A stretch of 64,000 nt of DNA, from the NCBI GenBank assembly GCA_002269645.1, contig NIVC01000517.1:337043-401042 (forward strand), given 5' to 3'. A program made the translations under genes and the position numbers. This DNA comes from Macrostomum lignano (Eukaryota). Shown piece after piece: positions 25,234 to 38,553 of this stretch. The stretch's first letter is position 1. Each line of letters begins with the position of its first letter. The notes under the pieces were generated by a model, which was not told the origin of the DNA, did not search any database, and worked only from the letters and a program-made list of their open reading frames with translations.

Positions 25234-26145
25234 ATTGAGGAAAACCAAATCGGCTTTTACTATTCAATTATAAGGGATACAGAAAAGTAGCATACGTTAC
25301 TGCTTTACCGGGCTACAGGAGGTCATTAAAGATATTCGAACTGGGCGTGACACGGATGTGGCAAAATTAGTTTTAAAGTTGTGGCAAAATTTAATTAAAC
25401 AAATGTTTATTATACAGCAGTATGAAGAACGTGCTTTTTTAAAATACTTTCCATTTTTACTTTAAGCTTTCAAGAAAAAGCTGTAACGTGTCATATCATT
25501 CCAGTCAATGTTTAAAGAAATTCGAATGACCTTTCTAAATATTTCACACGGATCATCACTGCCCGGGCCAGTGTCATGTGTCAAATGCCTTTTTCAAGTG
25601 GACAGTTCATTAAAATAACTGTGAATTTGCCAAAGCATGCAAAGTTTTCATAACCCATTTGTTTATTTTACAAAATCACTTGTAGAATTTAATGAATATT
25701 TGATAAGTACAGAGTACAACGTAATAATATCTCCCCTTGTCTGCTTATGTTAAAAAATAATATAGGGCTTTTTTTACTGAACTCGCTAGTAATATTATAT
25801 AAGTATAAGTATAGGTCTAACTAGTTCCTTTAGATTTAATTCCTTTTTCCTTTTGTAATATTACTAGACCCTAATAGACAATCTTAATTTAGTTTAGGCC
25901 CTATTAGTATTAAGTTAATAAGTTAAGTTAAGTTATTAACTAGGCCTAGGCCTAGGGACAACAAAGCTAACCTAGGCCTATTGAAAAAATAACGACATTA
26001 AGAACTTTGTCAAAATTTCAATATTTGGTAAAATACTAAAAATTTAAATTATTTAAATTATTAAAAATAAAATTATCGTATTTATATTATGGAGAAATAA
26101 TGGTTCTACCTTCTGAGATAATTATATATTGGCAGTGCTTAGCCC

Positions 26146-27194
26146 GGGAACCAGTTAATTCGGCGACAGGTTGACTCGGCGACAGCCAATTCGGCGACAA
26201 GTCAATTCGGCGACAGTTAGTTCGGCAACATAAGGGGGGAGCGATCCATTGTCATTTTGTCATCCATTGCGTTGAGTTTGAGTTTGTATGCATGTTTACT
26301 CAGATTTTAAAATTAACATTGATTTCAACATCGTATCGTATGTACATTACATGCACAATGAACTGCGTTCCACTCAAAAGCTCATTCCAACCGCTATTAA
26401 ATAAGCTAGCCTATCAAATCATCACACGACTGCTGTACAAAGTATAATGAATAAAGGGAAAACAAAACTAAGTTAGCTTTTAAAATATACAAAGCAAAGA
26501 TCAAAAGTAAAAATGAGCTACGTATTTTGAGTGTGCAGTCTTTGCCCCGTCTTAGCATGTATATCATTTGGATTCAATTGATTGTATTTTTTGTCTATTA
26601 TGTTGTGATGCATATTTAGCTCAATGTGCGACAACTCAGAATGGTAGAGTAGAAATTGAATTTGCATTAATTGTAACAAATGGACCACTGCATTGTATGC
26701 AAAAAGACTGTCACCAATGATGCTGCTGCCATTGACTGTGATAGATGCCACAAGTGGCAACATATAGAATGTAATTCCGGTAAGTATTTGTACATGTACT
26801 TTTTAACTTTCAAACTTTTAAAAGTTGTAGACTAACTTTTACACTTGCACAATCCATTAATTTGTTTGATCGTCGCCTTAAAATGAGTTCTAAAATGCAA
26901 TATAACAAATAAAATCGTAAATTAAATATAATGTGCAAGCATACTTCTCTAATAAATAATTAATGCGTCAAATAAATGTGACTTGTAGGAGGCATACTAT
27001 GTAAGCTCTTTGAAAATGTATTATTTGGCATGGTTAAAACAAGCCTTTGTTTGAATGGCTTGTAAGGACTAATGGCAATATGTTAAATTTCGTTTTCTAG
27101 CTTTGTAGCATTCGCTGAATTGGCTGTCGCCGAACTGACTTGTCGCCAAATTGGTTGTTGCCGAATTAGCTTGTCGCCGAATTAACTGGAAGCC
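26146..27194. mobile_element. 1049-bp non-autonomous DNA transposon with 8-bp TSD and subterminal TTCGGCGACA repeats
   Basis: TSD CTTAGCCC at 26138-26145 and 27195-27202. Ends GGGAACCAGTTAATTCGGCGAC / GTCGCCGAATTAACTGGAAGCC; about 5 inverted subterminal repeats at each end. Confidence 0.88.
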
Positions 27195-27654
27195 CTTAGC
27201 CCCACGGTACTGTAGGAATAGGCCCTAATTTCTTTCTTATTCCAACAGTACGATAAGATAGGCCGAGGAATAATTTTCTGCTTATCCACATGGCACACTA
27301 ACAAGATAGCTGCCTTATCTTCTACATATGCCATGCCATATATGAATAGTTTATAGCTTATTAAAAGGGAATTTGAATTGATGGTACTAAGAAGCTGTTT
27401 ATCTTAATGTATCTTGATGGCAATAAACACTAAATTTGAGTCATAGATCCTGCATCATCAGATTTAGATAAAAATTTAAATTATGAACAATCACTAGACT
27501 AGAGTAGGCCCTAATTTACTTTAAATTTTAAGTTATAAATAGAAGAAAGTGTTGTTTTTACACATACATGCCCAACACCCATCCAACCTGTCCAAACTAG
27601 ATGGATAAAATGGCCACCAGCCAAGGTAAGTCACAAAATAAAAAATGTGAAAAG

Positions 27655-27892
27655 CAAAAAATTTGGGGAAGAAAGAAAGGAGAAAAAGAAAAAAAGAAAA
27701 AAAAGGAAGAAGAAAAGAGAGAAAGAGAAAGAAAGAGAAAAAAGCAAGAAAAGTCATATACAAAGTTAAAATTAAGTTGCAATTGGGAGAATTAAGTTGC
27801 AATCTTGAGGAATTAAGTTGCAATTGGGAGGAATTAAGTTGCAATGGGGAAGAACTAAGTCCCAATCTTGAGGAACTAAGAATTATCAATTG
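27655..27892. repeat. A/G-rich low-complexity tract followed by 21-bp repeats (GAGGAATTAAGTTGCAATTGG)
   Basis: Direct inspection. Confidence 0.8.
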
Positions 27893-30150
27893 GGAAAAAG
27901 AGTGAGGGCAGGAGAAAAAGAAGAGAAATGAGATACTTCCATTTTTTGATAAGCATAAGCACAAAAGGCATGCTACCTCCCCCCAGTCCTTCAATATGGT
28001 GGCACATAAGTAAGTCCCAAATCTAGACAAAACTAAGTCGCACTGGATAGGTGAAATTTTAAAGTTAGGCATGTATGTTTTTGCATAAAAGGCCAATATA
28101 AAATCTTTATTTCCATAAAACAAATGTTCAAGCAAAGTTATATTGTTATATTGTACTAAAACTGTAGGTAACAAACTAAATTATTCCCTTGGCATATGTA
28201 GATAAGGTAGCTATCTTATCAGTATGCCATGCAGATAAGCAGAGAATTATTCCCATGGTATTATTGGAAAAAGCACTGCCAATTAGATTAGCTGATACCA
28301 AGCTTTAGTATCATCTAGGTATATTTGCCCTATTTTCTAAGACTAATTTTATTAGTATAGCCAAGCCAAGCTAATTTTATCCTGTTGAGGTTTTTTCTTA
28401 GTCTAGGCATTATTAGGATCAGAAGGTCACAGCTTGTATTATGGTAGCTTTTCTGCCCTTAGGCATATTCTCACATCTTGGTGACCCTAGTCTAGATGTT
28501 CTTATCCTTATGGTAGATATTCTGCCTTTAAGGCAATTTTTTAGATTCTGAATCTAGAGGTCTTGTTCTAAATGATTTATTCTCTTAATCTCTAGGGCTT
28601 TTCCTATGTTGCTCACTATTCTATTCAAATGATTAATATGAGGCAAGCAGTAGCCCTAAGGCTGATCAACTTTGTCTCCAAGTAGAATAACTAGAGTTAT
28701 TAGAAAAAGCCTAATTGAAAGACAAACAAGGATCACACAAAGTTTATTTAATTTGGCTTATAGCTTGCTCATATTTATGCCTAAAGTTTCCTTGCTGTTA
28801 AAAACAAAATTGTACAATAATATATAGATTATAGAAACTGGAAAATTGGAAAGTAAAAGTAAAACTTATCAGTTATTTTCAATTTAATAAATACAAAAAA
28901 TAAAAAAGTGTCAGTTTTCTAATAAGCCATTTTTTAAAAAGAGGGAATTATTTTTAAGAACTTATTATTCTAATAAAGGCTAGATAAATAACTTTTAAAT
29001 GTTTTTTATACGAAAAAATTTTTCTCTAGTTTTTCCTAGTTTTTTTCTAGTTTATTCTTTATTTTTATTCTATTCAATTATATAACAAAGTTATTCATTT
29101 GCAAAAAACCTACTTTTTACTAAATTTTGCCTTCTATATGTACATTGGCAAGTTATAGAATCTTTATTGAATTCTCTATTATACCCTATGGCCCTAATAT
29201 CATGCTATCACTGCATCAGCTAGATAAATGACAAAGCAAATTTATAAATACTATCAGGCTTCACTTTTAAATTTAAATACTCAAAAATTTCTCGGCCTAT
29301 ATTATATTAGGCACTTGCCATTTATAACTATAATAGGTAACAAGTCAACTTGGAAAAAGGTCAAATTAAAGAATTGTTAACTAAGAGAAAAATTTCAACT
29401 TGGAGAATGCATGTGATTGACATTATAACATGTATAATTATTTAACTCATATTTAAGTTGCTTTGTCTCAGTTGCAATAAAATTTGTTTTAAATAGAAAG
29501 TTGCAATTGAAAATTTAAATATAATACTTAAACAAATCAAGCTTATTGCCTTTAAAACTTACCAAGTTTTAAACATAAGATGACCATGTTAGTTTTTCTA
29601 GGAATAATATTGATAGAGTTATTAGGATTATATAAAGACTTTCAACAAATCACTAACAAAATAATTTTCAGAGTGTTACCCAAACAGTAAATACAAATAT
29701 TATGTTGAAAAAATTCAAACCTGGGTTTGCATCTAGGGTTTAGTTTCAAGGTGTGATTTTTGAACCTAGAATGCAATTTTTCTCTTTACAAAAAAAGAAA
29801 AAAATAGAATGTGAAATGAGATATCATATCTAAGGTCCTTTTTTAATATATTATTTGGAAAGTAAATGTTATAGCATCTCAAATACACATAAAACCTAGT
29901 TTCAAACTATGCTAGCCCCATTAATAATTTTTTCATGGATAATATCTAGATTGAATTTATGACTAATGAGATTTAAAAAGTAGTGAATGCAGAAAATTTC
30001 TTAAAACCCCCACATGGCAACTAATCCTGGTTTTCAATTTGGCATCCTGAATTTGGTTCCTAGAATGCCAAATTGCACTGCAATTTCAATATTCAACACA
30101 ATTTTATCATTCACATTTCTCATGCTAAAAGGCAAAGAAATAAAATAATT

Positions 30151-33100
30151 ATGTCAATGCAAGATGCCCAACAGCAGTCAGTTCTAAGTGAAACAGCTAG
30201 AGAGGCTGCTATAGTTGCTAACCTGGAGTCTCAGCTTGAATCTCTTTTGGCATCTGAGCCTACTACTACTACTGAGCAAGCTAATTTAGATGAAGCTCAG
30301 GCTGCTACTGCAGACAACAATGACGATACAACTAACTCGGGTGACGACAATGGCACTGTTACCATAGCTGATAAAGAAAAATCCTCTAAGGATTCTTCTT
30401 CAAAGTCGAAGTCGAAAAAGTCAACAAGCGCCGGAGCAGCAGCTACCAGTCGATCATTCGACTATGTGATGCGCTCCTTAGCGAATCTGTCCACCGAGGA
30501 AAAAATCGATGCTTTGGCCAAGAAATACGCCGAAGTGTACGATCAGGGCAGAGCCAGCGCCGAGAAATTAAAAGCAACACAGAAACAGCTGACTGTTGTG
30601 TCTAGGGAGAGAGATCAACTGCAGAGCGAGCATAGTAAAGCTATGCTAGCTAAGAGTAAATTGGAAGGATTGTGCCGAGAATTGCAGAAACACTACAAGG
30701 TATTTTCTAATATATTCTGTGTAGTTCTTATTAATAAGACAAATTTGTCTCACTCTGGGTCAGGCACTGTGCTCAGGCTAGTGACTCACTCTGTGTCAGG
30801 CACTGTGCTCAGGCTAGTGACTCACTCTGTGTCAGGTACTGTGCTCAGGCTAGTGACTCATTCTGTGTCAGGCACTGTGCTCAGGCTAGTGACTCATTCT
30901 GTGTCAGGCACTGTGCTCAGGCTAGTGACTCACTGTGTGTCAGGCACTGTGCTCAGGCTAGTGACTCACTGTGTGTCAGGCACTGTGCTCAGGCTAGTGA
31001 CTCACTGTTTGTCAGGCACTGTGCTCAGGCTAGTGACTCACTGTGTGTCAGGCACTGTGCTCAGGCTAGTGACTCACTGTGTGTCAGACACTGTGCTCAG
31101 GCTAGTGTCTCACACTGTGTCAGGCACTGTGCTCAGGCTAGTGACTCACTGTGTGTCAGGCACTGTGCTCAGGCTAGTGACTCACTCTGTGTCAGGCACT
31201 GTGCTCAGGCTAGTGACTCACTGTGTGTCAGGCACTGTGCTCAGGCTAGTGACTCACTCTGTGTCAGGCACTGTGCTCAGGCTAGTGACTCACTCTGTGT
31301 CAGGCACTGTGCTCAGGCTAGTGACTCACTCTCGGTCAGCACTGTGCTTAGGCTAGTGACTCACTGTGTGTCAGGCACTGTGCTCAGGCTAGTGACTCAC
31401 TCTGTGTCAGGCACTGTACTCAGGCTAGTGACTCACTCTGGGTCAGCACTGTGCTTAGGCTAATGACTCACTCTGTGTCAGGCACTGTGCTCAGGCTAAT
31501 GACTCACTGTGTGTCAGGCACTGTGCTCAGGCTAGTGACTCACTCTCTCACTCTGTGTCAGGCACTGTGCTCAGGCTAGTGACTCACTCTCTCACTCTGT
31601 GTCAGGCACTGTGCTCAGGCTAGTGACTCACTGTGTGTCAGACACTGTGCTCAGGCTAGTGACTCACTGTGTGTCAGACACTGTGCTCAGGCTAGAGACT
31701 CGCTGTGTCAGGCAGTGCTCCAGACCGCTATGTCCTCCATTCCCAGGTGGTCAAAGACGAAAGCATCAGCCGAGCCAAAGAGGAAGAAGAGAAGCGCAAA
31801 GAGGTGAGCGGCCAGCTTCAGACTACCATCAGCGACATCCAGTCCCAGATGCAGGAGCACAATGTTCGCAACACTAAACTCCGCGAAGAGAACGCCACCT
31901 TAGTTGAGAAAATGCAAAGTCTGGTTGAAAAATATGAGAAGCGCGAGGAATACGTTGAGAAACTGCTGCGCCAGCATGACCTGCAGGCTCAGCTGGCCGA
32001 GGCGCGTCTGGCGCAGGAGAAGGCGCAGGGAGAGGCCGAGAGAGCCAGGTGAGGTCGCCTTCTGAGTCCTGTTGAGGTTTGCCCTCTGAATCTCCATTGA
32101 GAATCTTCCCCCTAAATCCCATTGGCAATCTCCCCCATGAATCCCATTAGGAATCTCCCCCATGAATCCCATTGGGAATCTCCCCCATTAATCCCATTAG
32201 GAATCCCCCCTGAATCCCATTGAGAATCTCCCCCTGAATCCCATTAGGAATCTCCCCCCCCCTGAATCCCATTGAGAATCTCCCCTGAATCCCATTGAGA
32301 ATCTCCCCCCTAAATCCCATTGAGAATCTCCCCCATGAATCTCATTGAGAATCGCCCCCACCCCTGAATCCCATTGAGAATCTCCCCCATGAATCTCATT
32401 GAGAATCCCCCCTAAATCCCATTGAGAATCTCCCCCCCCCTGAATCCCATTGAGAATCTCCCCCTGAATCCCATTGAGAATCTCCCCCTGAATCCCATTG
32501 AGAATCTCCCCCTGAATCCCATTGAGAATCTCCCCCTGAATCCCATTGAGAATCTCTCCCCCTCCTGAATCTCATTGAGAATCCCCCCGCTGAATCCCAT
32601 TGAGAATCTCCCCCATGAATCTCATTGAGAATCACCCCCCACCCCTGAATCCCATTGAGAATCTCCCCCCCCCGAATCCCATTGAGAATCCCCCCTGAAT
32701 CCCATTGAGAATCTCCCCCTGAATCCCATTGAGAATCTCCCCTGAATCCCATTGAGAATCTCCCCCTCCTGAATCTCATTGAGAATCCCCCCCCTGAATC
32801 CCATTGAGAATCTCCCATGAGAATCTCCCCCCCCCGAATCCCATTGAGAATCTCCCCCCCCGAATCCCATTGAGAATCTCCCCCCCCCGAATTCCATTGA
32901 GAATCTCCCCCCCCCCCCCGAATCCCATTGAGAATCGCCCCTGTTAACGTAGCTAAGAGTAATCGCCTTCCGAAACACACAAATATAAATTTGTAATAAT
33001 GCTATTGTTAGTAGCATTAATAGAATTTTGCCCGTAAAATAATTTTTTTCATTGCAACTAATCGAATGCACAGAATGTCTGACTAGATCCGGCAGCTCAC

Positions 33101-33944
33101 CGCCCAGGTGGACATCTACTCCAAGCAGGAGAAGGCCCTGAACGATCAGATCAGATTCTACACTGCCAAATACGATGACTTTCAAAATGCTATTGGCAAA
33201 TCCAACGAGATGTTTGCCACATTTAAAACACAAATTGACGGCTTAACAAAAAAGATGCGTCAGTTAGAGAAGGAGAGAAATCAGTGGCGCGAACGCTGCG
33301 AAGGCGCAAACAGTACCGTGCTGCAGATGGCGCAGGACAAGGCCGAAAATGAGGCCCTTGTTGCCAGTCTGCGCGTCAAGATTGACACTCTAGAGAAGCT
33401 CTGTCGTGCTCTACAGCTCGAGCGTCGAGCTCGGCGAGAAGATTCCGCCGAAGCCGAAGCCGCTGAAGCATTCGGCAGATCAATTGAAGGTCGAACAAAG
33501 ACTGACACGGCCGCCGCTGGAACAAAGACCGACTCTGTGGCCGCTGAAGAGTCTTCTGCTGCTGCTGCTGTAACAAAGACCGACTCTGTAGCCGCTGAAG
33601 AGTCTTCTGCTGCTGCTGCTGTAACAAAGACCGACTCTTTAGCCGCTGAAGAGTCTTCTGCTGCTGCTGGAACAAAGACCGACTCTGTAGCCGCTGAAGA
33701 GTCTTCTGCTGCTGCTGGAACAAAGACCGACTCTGTAGCCGCTGAAGAGTCTTCTGCTGCTGCTGCTGTAACAAAGACCGACTCTGTAGCCGCTGAAGAG
33801 TCTTCTGCTGCTGCTGGAACAAAGACCGACTCTGTAGCCGCTGAAGAGTCTTCTGCTGCTGCTGGAACAAAGACCGACTCTGTAGCCGCTGAAGAGTCTT
33901 CTGCTGCTGCTGGAACAAAGACCGACTCTGTAGCCGCTGAATGA
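30151..33944 (+). CDS. Taxilin family coiled-coil protein (3 exons; in-frame TAG at 33084-33086 in the best-phase model)
   Basis: Exons 30151-30699, 31747-32048 and 33074-33944. Taxilin motifs KSKLEGLCRELQKH, KLREEN, KYEKREE, KYDDFQNAIGKSNEMFATFK, LEKE and KIDTLEKLCRALQLER. Confidence 0.85.
30749..31716. repeat. 36-bp minisatellite (GTCAGGCACTGTGCTCAGGCTAGTGACTCACTGTGT), taxilin intron 1, ~27 copies
   Basis: Direct inspection; core palindrome AGTGACTCACT. Confidence 0.96.
32086..32942. repeat. ~24-bp minisatellite (GAATCCCATTGAGAATCTCCCCCCT) with variable C-run, taxilin intron 2
   Basis: Direct inspection. Confidence 0.95.
33497..33941 (+). repeat. Coding 48/51-bp VNTR (TKTDSVAAEESSAAA[G/AV]) in the taxilin C-terminus
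   Basis: About 9 in-frame units in the ORF 33108-33944. Confidence 0.93.
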
Positions 33945-35580
33945 ACAAAGACTGCTACCGATAATGTCGACGATTGTCAATGAACGGTACAATTTGATTA
34001 TTTTGATTTGTTTGACTGACGCAGTTTTTGTTTTAATTATTGTTGATCAAATTTGATTTCGCCACTTTAGTTTTTAACCCGTGTTTTTGTGTCTCTGCCT
34101 GACCTACTTAGTGCAACAGTTTCTGTGCCTTCCCTGCCTGAGCATTTGCGCCACAGCGGCATGCTTTGGACAGATATTACACACAATGTGCTGATATTAT
34201 GCATGATAATTGCATATTTATTAAGTCTGTATATATGCTCATAAATATATCTTAACCCCCGTTTGCTGTGTTACTCTCTTTTGTTCATTTAATTTGTCCC
34301 TTATAACACCGTCAATGTGATTTTACCCTGCTACTACTTCAAGTAATAGTGGAGTTGGAATAATCAACTTTTTTCGCGTCTGTACATCGATACTTGACTT
34401 CGTATTTAAGCTATGGCAGGTCCAGACAAATTTCAGAAATCCTTTGTAGAAAAAAATTGTTTTAAATAATTATTTTCTAACAGGTTGCAAGCCCCGATGT
34501 TTTTTGCTACTACTACGAGTACTAAATTCATGCTGGCACGTGCGGGGTTGTTTCTTAGAAAATAGGCGTCTGTCTGTGCTGGAAATCATGACTTTTCTGG
34601 TGTTTAAGCTGGCTAAACGATACTCTCATAACTCTTTGACTTGCAGTTCAAACGATGCTTTCATTAAAATTTCATGACTCGTATCAAAATTGATTTGTTG
34701 TCTTCTCATTTTTTCTGGCATTTTCTTGCTGTTGTTTGTACTTTAATTAGTCTGAAATTAGATGAAGAAGATTGGGCTCCACGACCAGCACATTTACGAG
34801 TAGAAAAATAGTCTGAAGTACGCTCGTTGATCATAAATGATGCTCAATGCTTTTGGTTGAATATATAACCCAATGCTTGCTTGCACTGTCTTATCTGTCT
34901 TTTGAAAAGCTTGCTTAGTTAGCAAAATCATCGAGAGCAAGTCTTGAAATGCGTTAACTGTTGATTGCGTTGTGATTTCATCGGGAAACCAACAACCGAT
35001 TGAGGCACCACTTTTTGCTTTTTAAAGCTTCGCAAAGTCCGTTGAAGGATTGCCTAATCATTTTTGCATTATTTAGCTGCTTTCCTTACCCTGTCTGCCA
35101 TTTTAAACTCTTGTAAAAGTAGAACAATTACTAAATATAACGCTGCTCATTATTCGCTATGATATTAATTCTCCTTAGTCATTTCTTATACGAGCAGGTT
35201 CTTTTGTACCCGAAGTAAACAGCCGCGTGCTAACCGTTTTTGATATATTATTTGACTTTAAACATCTTTTCCTACGGAATTCAATCAGTAATTCATAGTC
35301 ACGTGCGACAACAAAATTCTCAAACAATTAATTCAAACCTGATTTTTCATAAGTGACTTTGTGACGCAGTACAATTGTAATTTAAGGACTTGCTTGTGAA
35401 ACGTAATTGCAGCCTAAGGGATGTTTGCGCCTAAAATCTTAGCCGCTTGGCAGGTCACGTGCGATTAGAATAGACCGCTAATATGTTTACACCGACGTCA
35501 TTGCGTACTTATAACGCTAATATTGTACATGATTCAGCGGGTAAGGTGCTAGTGCGTTGGCCTGGGATTCCAGGACCCGG

Positions 35581-35940
35581 CCGCCTAAAGGCTTCAAAAG
35601 GCACATTCCTGCATGGTAATTACGTAACTTCATTCTTGCACTTGGTCAAACGACAACGTGCAATGTGCTTTTTGAAGCCTAATTAAGGCGGAGAGGCCCT
35701 CTCGGGTCATGGCTGTTTTTGACAGGCATCGTCACCTCCAAGGAAAAGCAAGCCTCTGTTGAGAATGTGGAGCACTTCATCTGTGCATGCCCCCGCCTTT
35801 ACTCAGGACAGGCTCACCTTACCTGGGCCCTAACCCGGACCTCTCCAACGTTTTCAGGCCCCCTGAGAATCTCTGCCAGCTCGTCCGCTATACCTAAGGG
35901 CTACTGGGCGAGCGACCGTCCGCACCTCCTCCCTTAAAAT
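35581..35940 (+). mobile_element. ~110-bp hairpin followed by a probable 3' fragment of a non-LTR retrotransposon
   Basis: Inverted repeat CCGCCTAAAGGCTTCAAAAGGCACATT (35581-35607) / AATGTGCTTTTTGAAGCCTAATTAAGGCGG (35662-35691). The following [11 protein letters not shown] resembles the LINE C-terminal ETxEHxLxxCP zinc-knuckle motif. Confidence 0.4.
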
Positions 35941-36243
35941 CAAATTGAAATTCAAGTTCAAACATCTGAATGCGATAGTTAATAGCATTGAGTTAACTGA
36001 CTATTTTGGTTTGTATTTAGTGATGTTTAATAAGCGGCTTATCACCACTGGGTATAAGTAGACATACATGTAATCCCCAAAAAATCCTGTCTGAAAAAAT
36101 TGTCCCGAAAACTATTAAGACTTTAAAAGCGCTGTAACAGTATTTAAAGATATTATTAAAGTTTCTCAGGTCAGCTCATCCACAAGTATCAGCCGGTGTT
36201 TCTAATCAGTTGAACAGTTGCTCGAATCGAAGTTGCAAAATAT

Positions 36244-37215
36244 TTATTCCTTATAGATGAGGAGCTCGAAAGTCTTCATTGAGACGTTGAGATTCGGCAC
36301 GGTTCCAGAGTCGTAAAGGTAGTAGAATATGCCATCGTACTTGCCATCAGAGTACATCTTGTAGACTCCGTTCGGGTTGATGGCCGCGCAGTGTCCATAC
36401 CACCAGCCGGCTGACTTCTCGGCAGCGCAGCTGCCATAAAAGTGTGCGTCATTGTCATATTCGGGCGTGCTGAACTGATGGTCATTTGGCAAATAAAGTG
36501 CTTCAGTTCGCTGTCCGACGCTTGACCTGCTCGCGTCCAGTGGTCCCATCGAGCACCTGTACTTATCGGCCACTGGGCTAACAGAGAACGGAGCATTCTC
36601 AGCCCAGTACCAATTGCCGTTGAAGTCACTGAACTCCCAGCGGACTCTCCACACTCCAGTGGCGGTCAGCTGGTGGAGCTGCTCCAGTCCCATCCAGTAG
36701 TTGAGTCTCTCGCCCTGACCGAATCCATTCACGTAGTCCCCCCAGTTCCGGTCGAAGCTGACGGAGCCGTCGACTCTGTGCTGGAACGTCGTCCAGCAGC
36801 TCAACGGTTCCTTGAACTGAAATTAACAAGAGATGAAGTTCGCGCATGAGAACTCAGCTACAACTCGACAGTATCCTGATCACTGAGCTGTGCTACTCAC
36901 CCACAGCTTCGCCAGGCCAGGATCTCCCTCGTGCCGGCACTTTTGGCAGGCGTCCTTGCTGCCTCGGTTGCACACCAGCAGGGTGCAGTCACCCGACTCA
37001 GAGCTAAATGAGACAGCGTGAGCAGCTTCGGCTCTGCTCAGACAGTCGATCTTGCTGTCACTCTTGAGCACTCGCAGCACCCTGTACTCAGAGATGTCAC
37101 TGGACTGCAGCTTCCAATTCGAGAGGGAATTAGAAGAGTCAGCTGGCTCAGCAACCACAGCCAAGGCGATTGCAAACATCCAACAAGTACATGTAAGTCG
37201 CAGGTTGGGACTCAT
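36244..37215 (-). CDS. Secreted fibrinogen-related domain (FReD) protein with an N-terminal PAN/apple-like module, ~295 aa
   Basis: Exons 37215-36901 and 36816-36244 (phase 0, GTGAGT donor). Signal-peptide-like MSPNLRLTCTCWMFAIALAVVA; FReD motifs WTTFQHRVDGSVSFDRNWGDYVNGFG, YWMGLEQLHQLT, FSTPEYDND and GWWYGHC..NPNG. Confidence 0.92.
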
Positions 37216-37920
37216 TCTGTAATTTTATTGATGACTGTCAGAGCTTTATATTGGGTTGCCAATATCGAGAGGATACCGATTGGAGATCTTATGAGCTGTG
37301 TTCGCACCTCGCAAGCGAGTTTTCCCCTGCAAAATTGACTTGTATTTATACATAGGGATAAATGCAACTGAAAGCTTTTCATTGTGAATCTGAATGCCGA
37401 TTGTGTCCCATTAAAACCCCCGACAAAAAGGCTTCCAAACTGGGACCGATAGCTTCATTTGTCTTTTTCTGCTCTGTCGCGCTTGCAAATTTCTGCAAAG
37501 AAATGCTTGCGCCACTGACGAAGCTGTGGAGATGTTTGGCTATTATGAAAAATTGCTCATCCACGAGGCGTTTGAAGCTGCGATGCTTTGAATTCGTTTC
37601 CAGCTCTCAGAGAACAGGCAGCAGTTCCAGCTCATTACCTGTTTAGATAGAAACTCCATTGTTGAGCTGCAATGTGCAGTTCCGTTATTGTCTTCTTGTA
37701 GGCTGTAACAGTAACAGAATTCAGCTCTTTTTAAATGGAGCTCGACACAGGTTCCTGCAGTTAGAGATGCAGGGGATCTGGGAGGGTGGCGATGGTGGGA
37801 TACCTATCTATCTATCTCTGTCCTGTCTGTCTGTCTGTCTGTCTGTCTGTGATCTGTCTGTCTGTCTGTCTGTCTGTCTGACATAGAGGAGAGTGTCTGT
37901 CATGACAGTCTGTTATGACA

Positions 37921-38553
37921 TCCACGAAGAGATAGTGGCACCCACCAAGAGACAGTGGCACCCACCAAGAGACGGTGGCGCCCACCAAGAGACAGTGGCA
38001 CCCACCAAGAGACAGTGGCGCCCACCAAGAGACAGTGGCACCCACCAAGAGACAGTGGTGCCCACCAAGAGACAGTGGTGCCCACCAAGAGACAGTGGCA
38101 CCCACGAAGAGACAGTGGCGCCCACCAAGAGACAGTGGCGCCCACCAAGACACAGTGGCGCCCACCAAGAGACAGTGGCACCCACGAAGAGACAGTGGCG
38201 CCAACCAAGAGACAGTGGCGCCCACCAAGAGACAGTGGCACTCACCAAGAGACGGTGACACCCACCAAGAGACAGTGGCACCCACGAAGAGACAGTGGCG
38301 CCAACCAAGAGACAGTGGCGCCCACCAAGAGACAGTGGCACTCACCAAGAGACGGTGACACCAACCAAGAGACAGTGGCACTCACCAAGAGACAGTGGCA
38401 CCCACCAAGAGACAGTGGCGCCCACGAAGAGACTGTGGCACCCACCAAGAGACAGTGGCGCCCACCAAGAGACAGTGGCACCCACCAAGAGACAGTGGCA
38501 CCCGCCAAAAGACAGTGGCACCCACCAAGAGACAGTGGCGCCTACCAAGACAC
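37921..38553. repeat. 21-bp minisatellite (CCCACCAAGAGACAGTGGCAC), ~30 copies
   Basis: Direct inspection; preceded by a short (TCTG)n at ~37820-37880. Confidence 0.96.

Noticed and set aside
27533-28174. Phe/Leu/Ser-rich and Lys/Glu-rich ORFs
   Set aside because: Translations of an A/G low-complexity tract.
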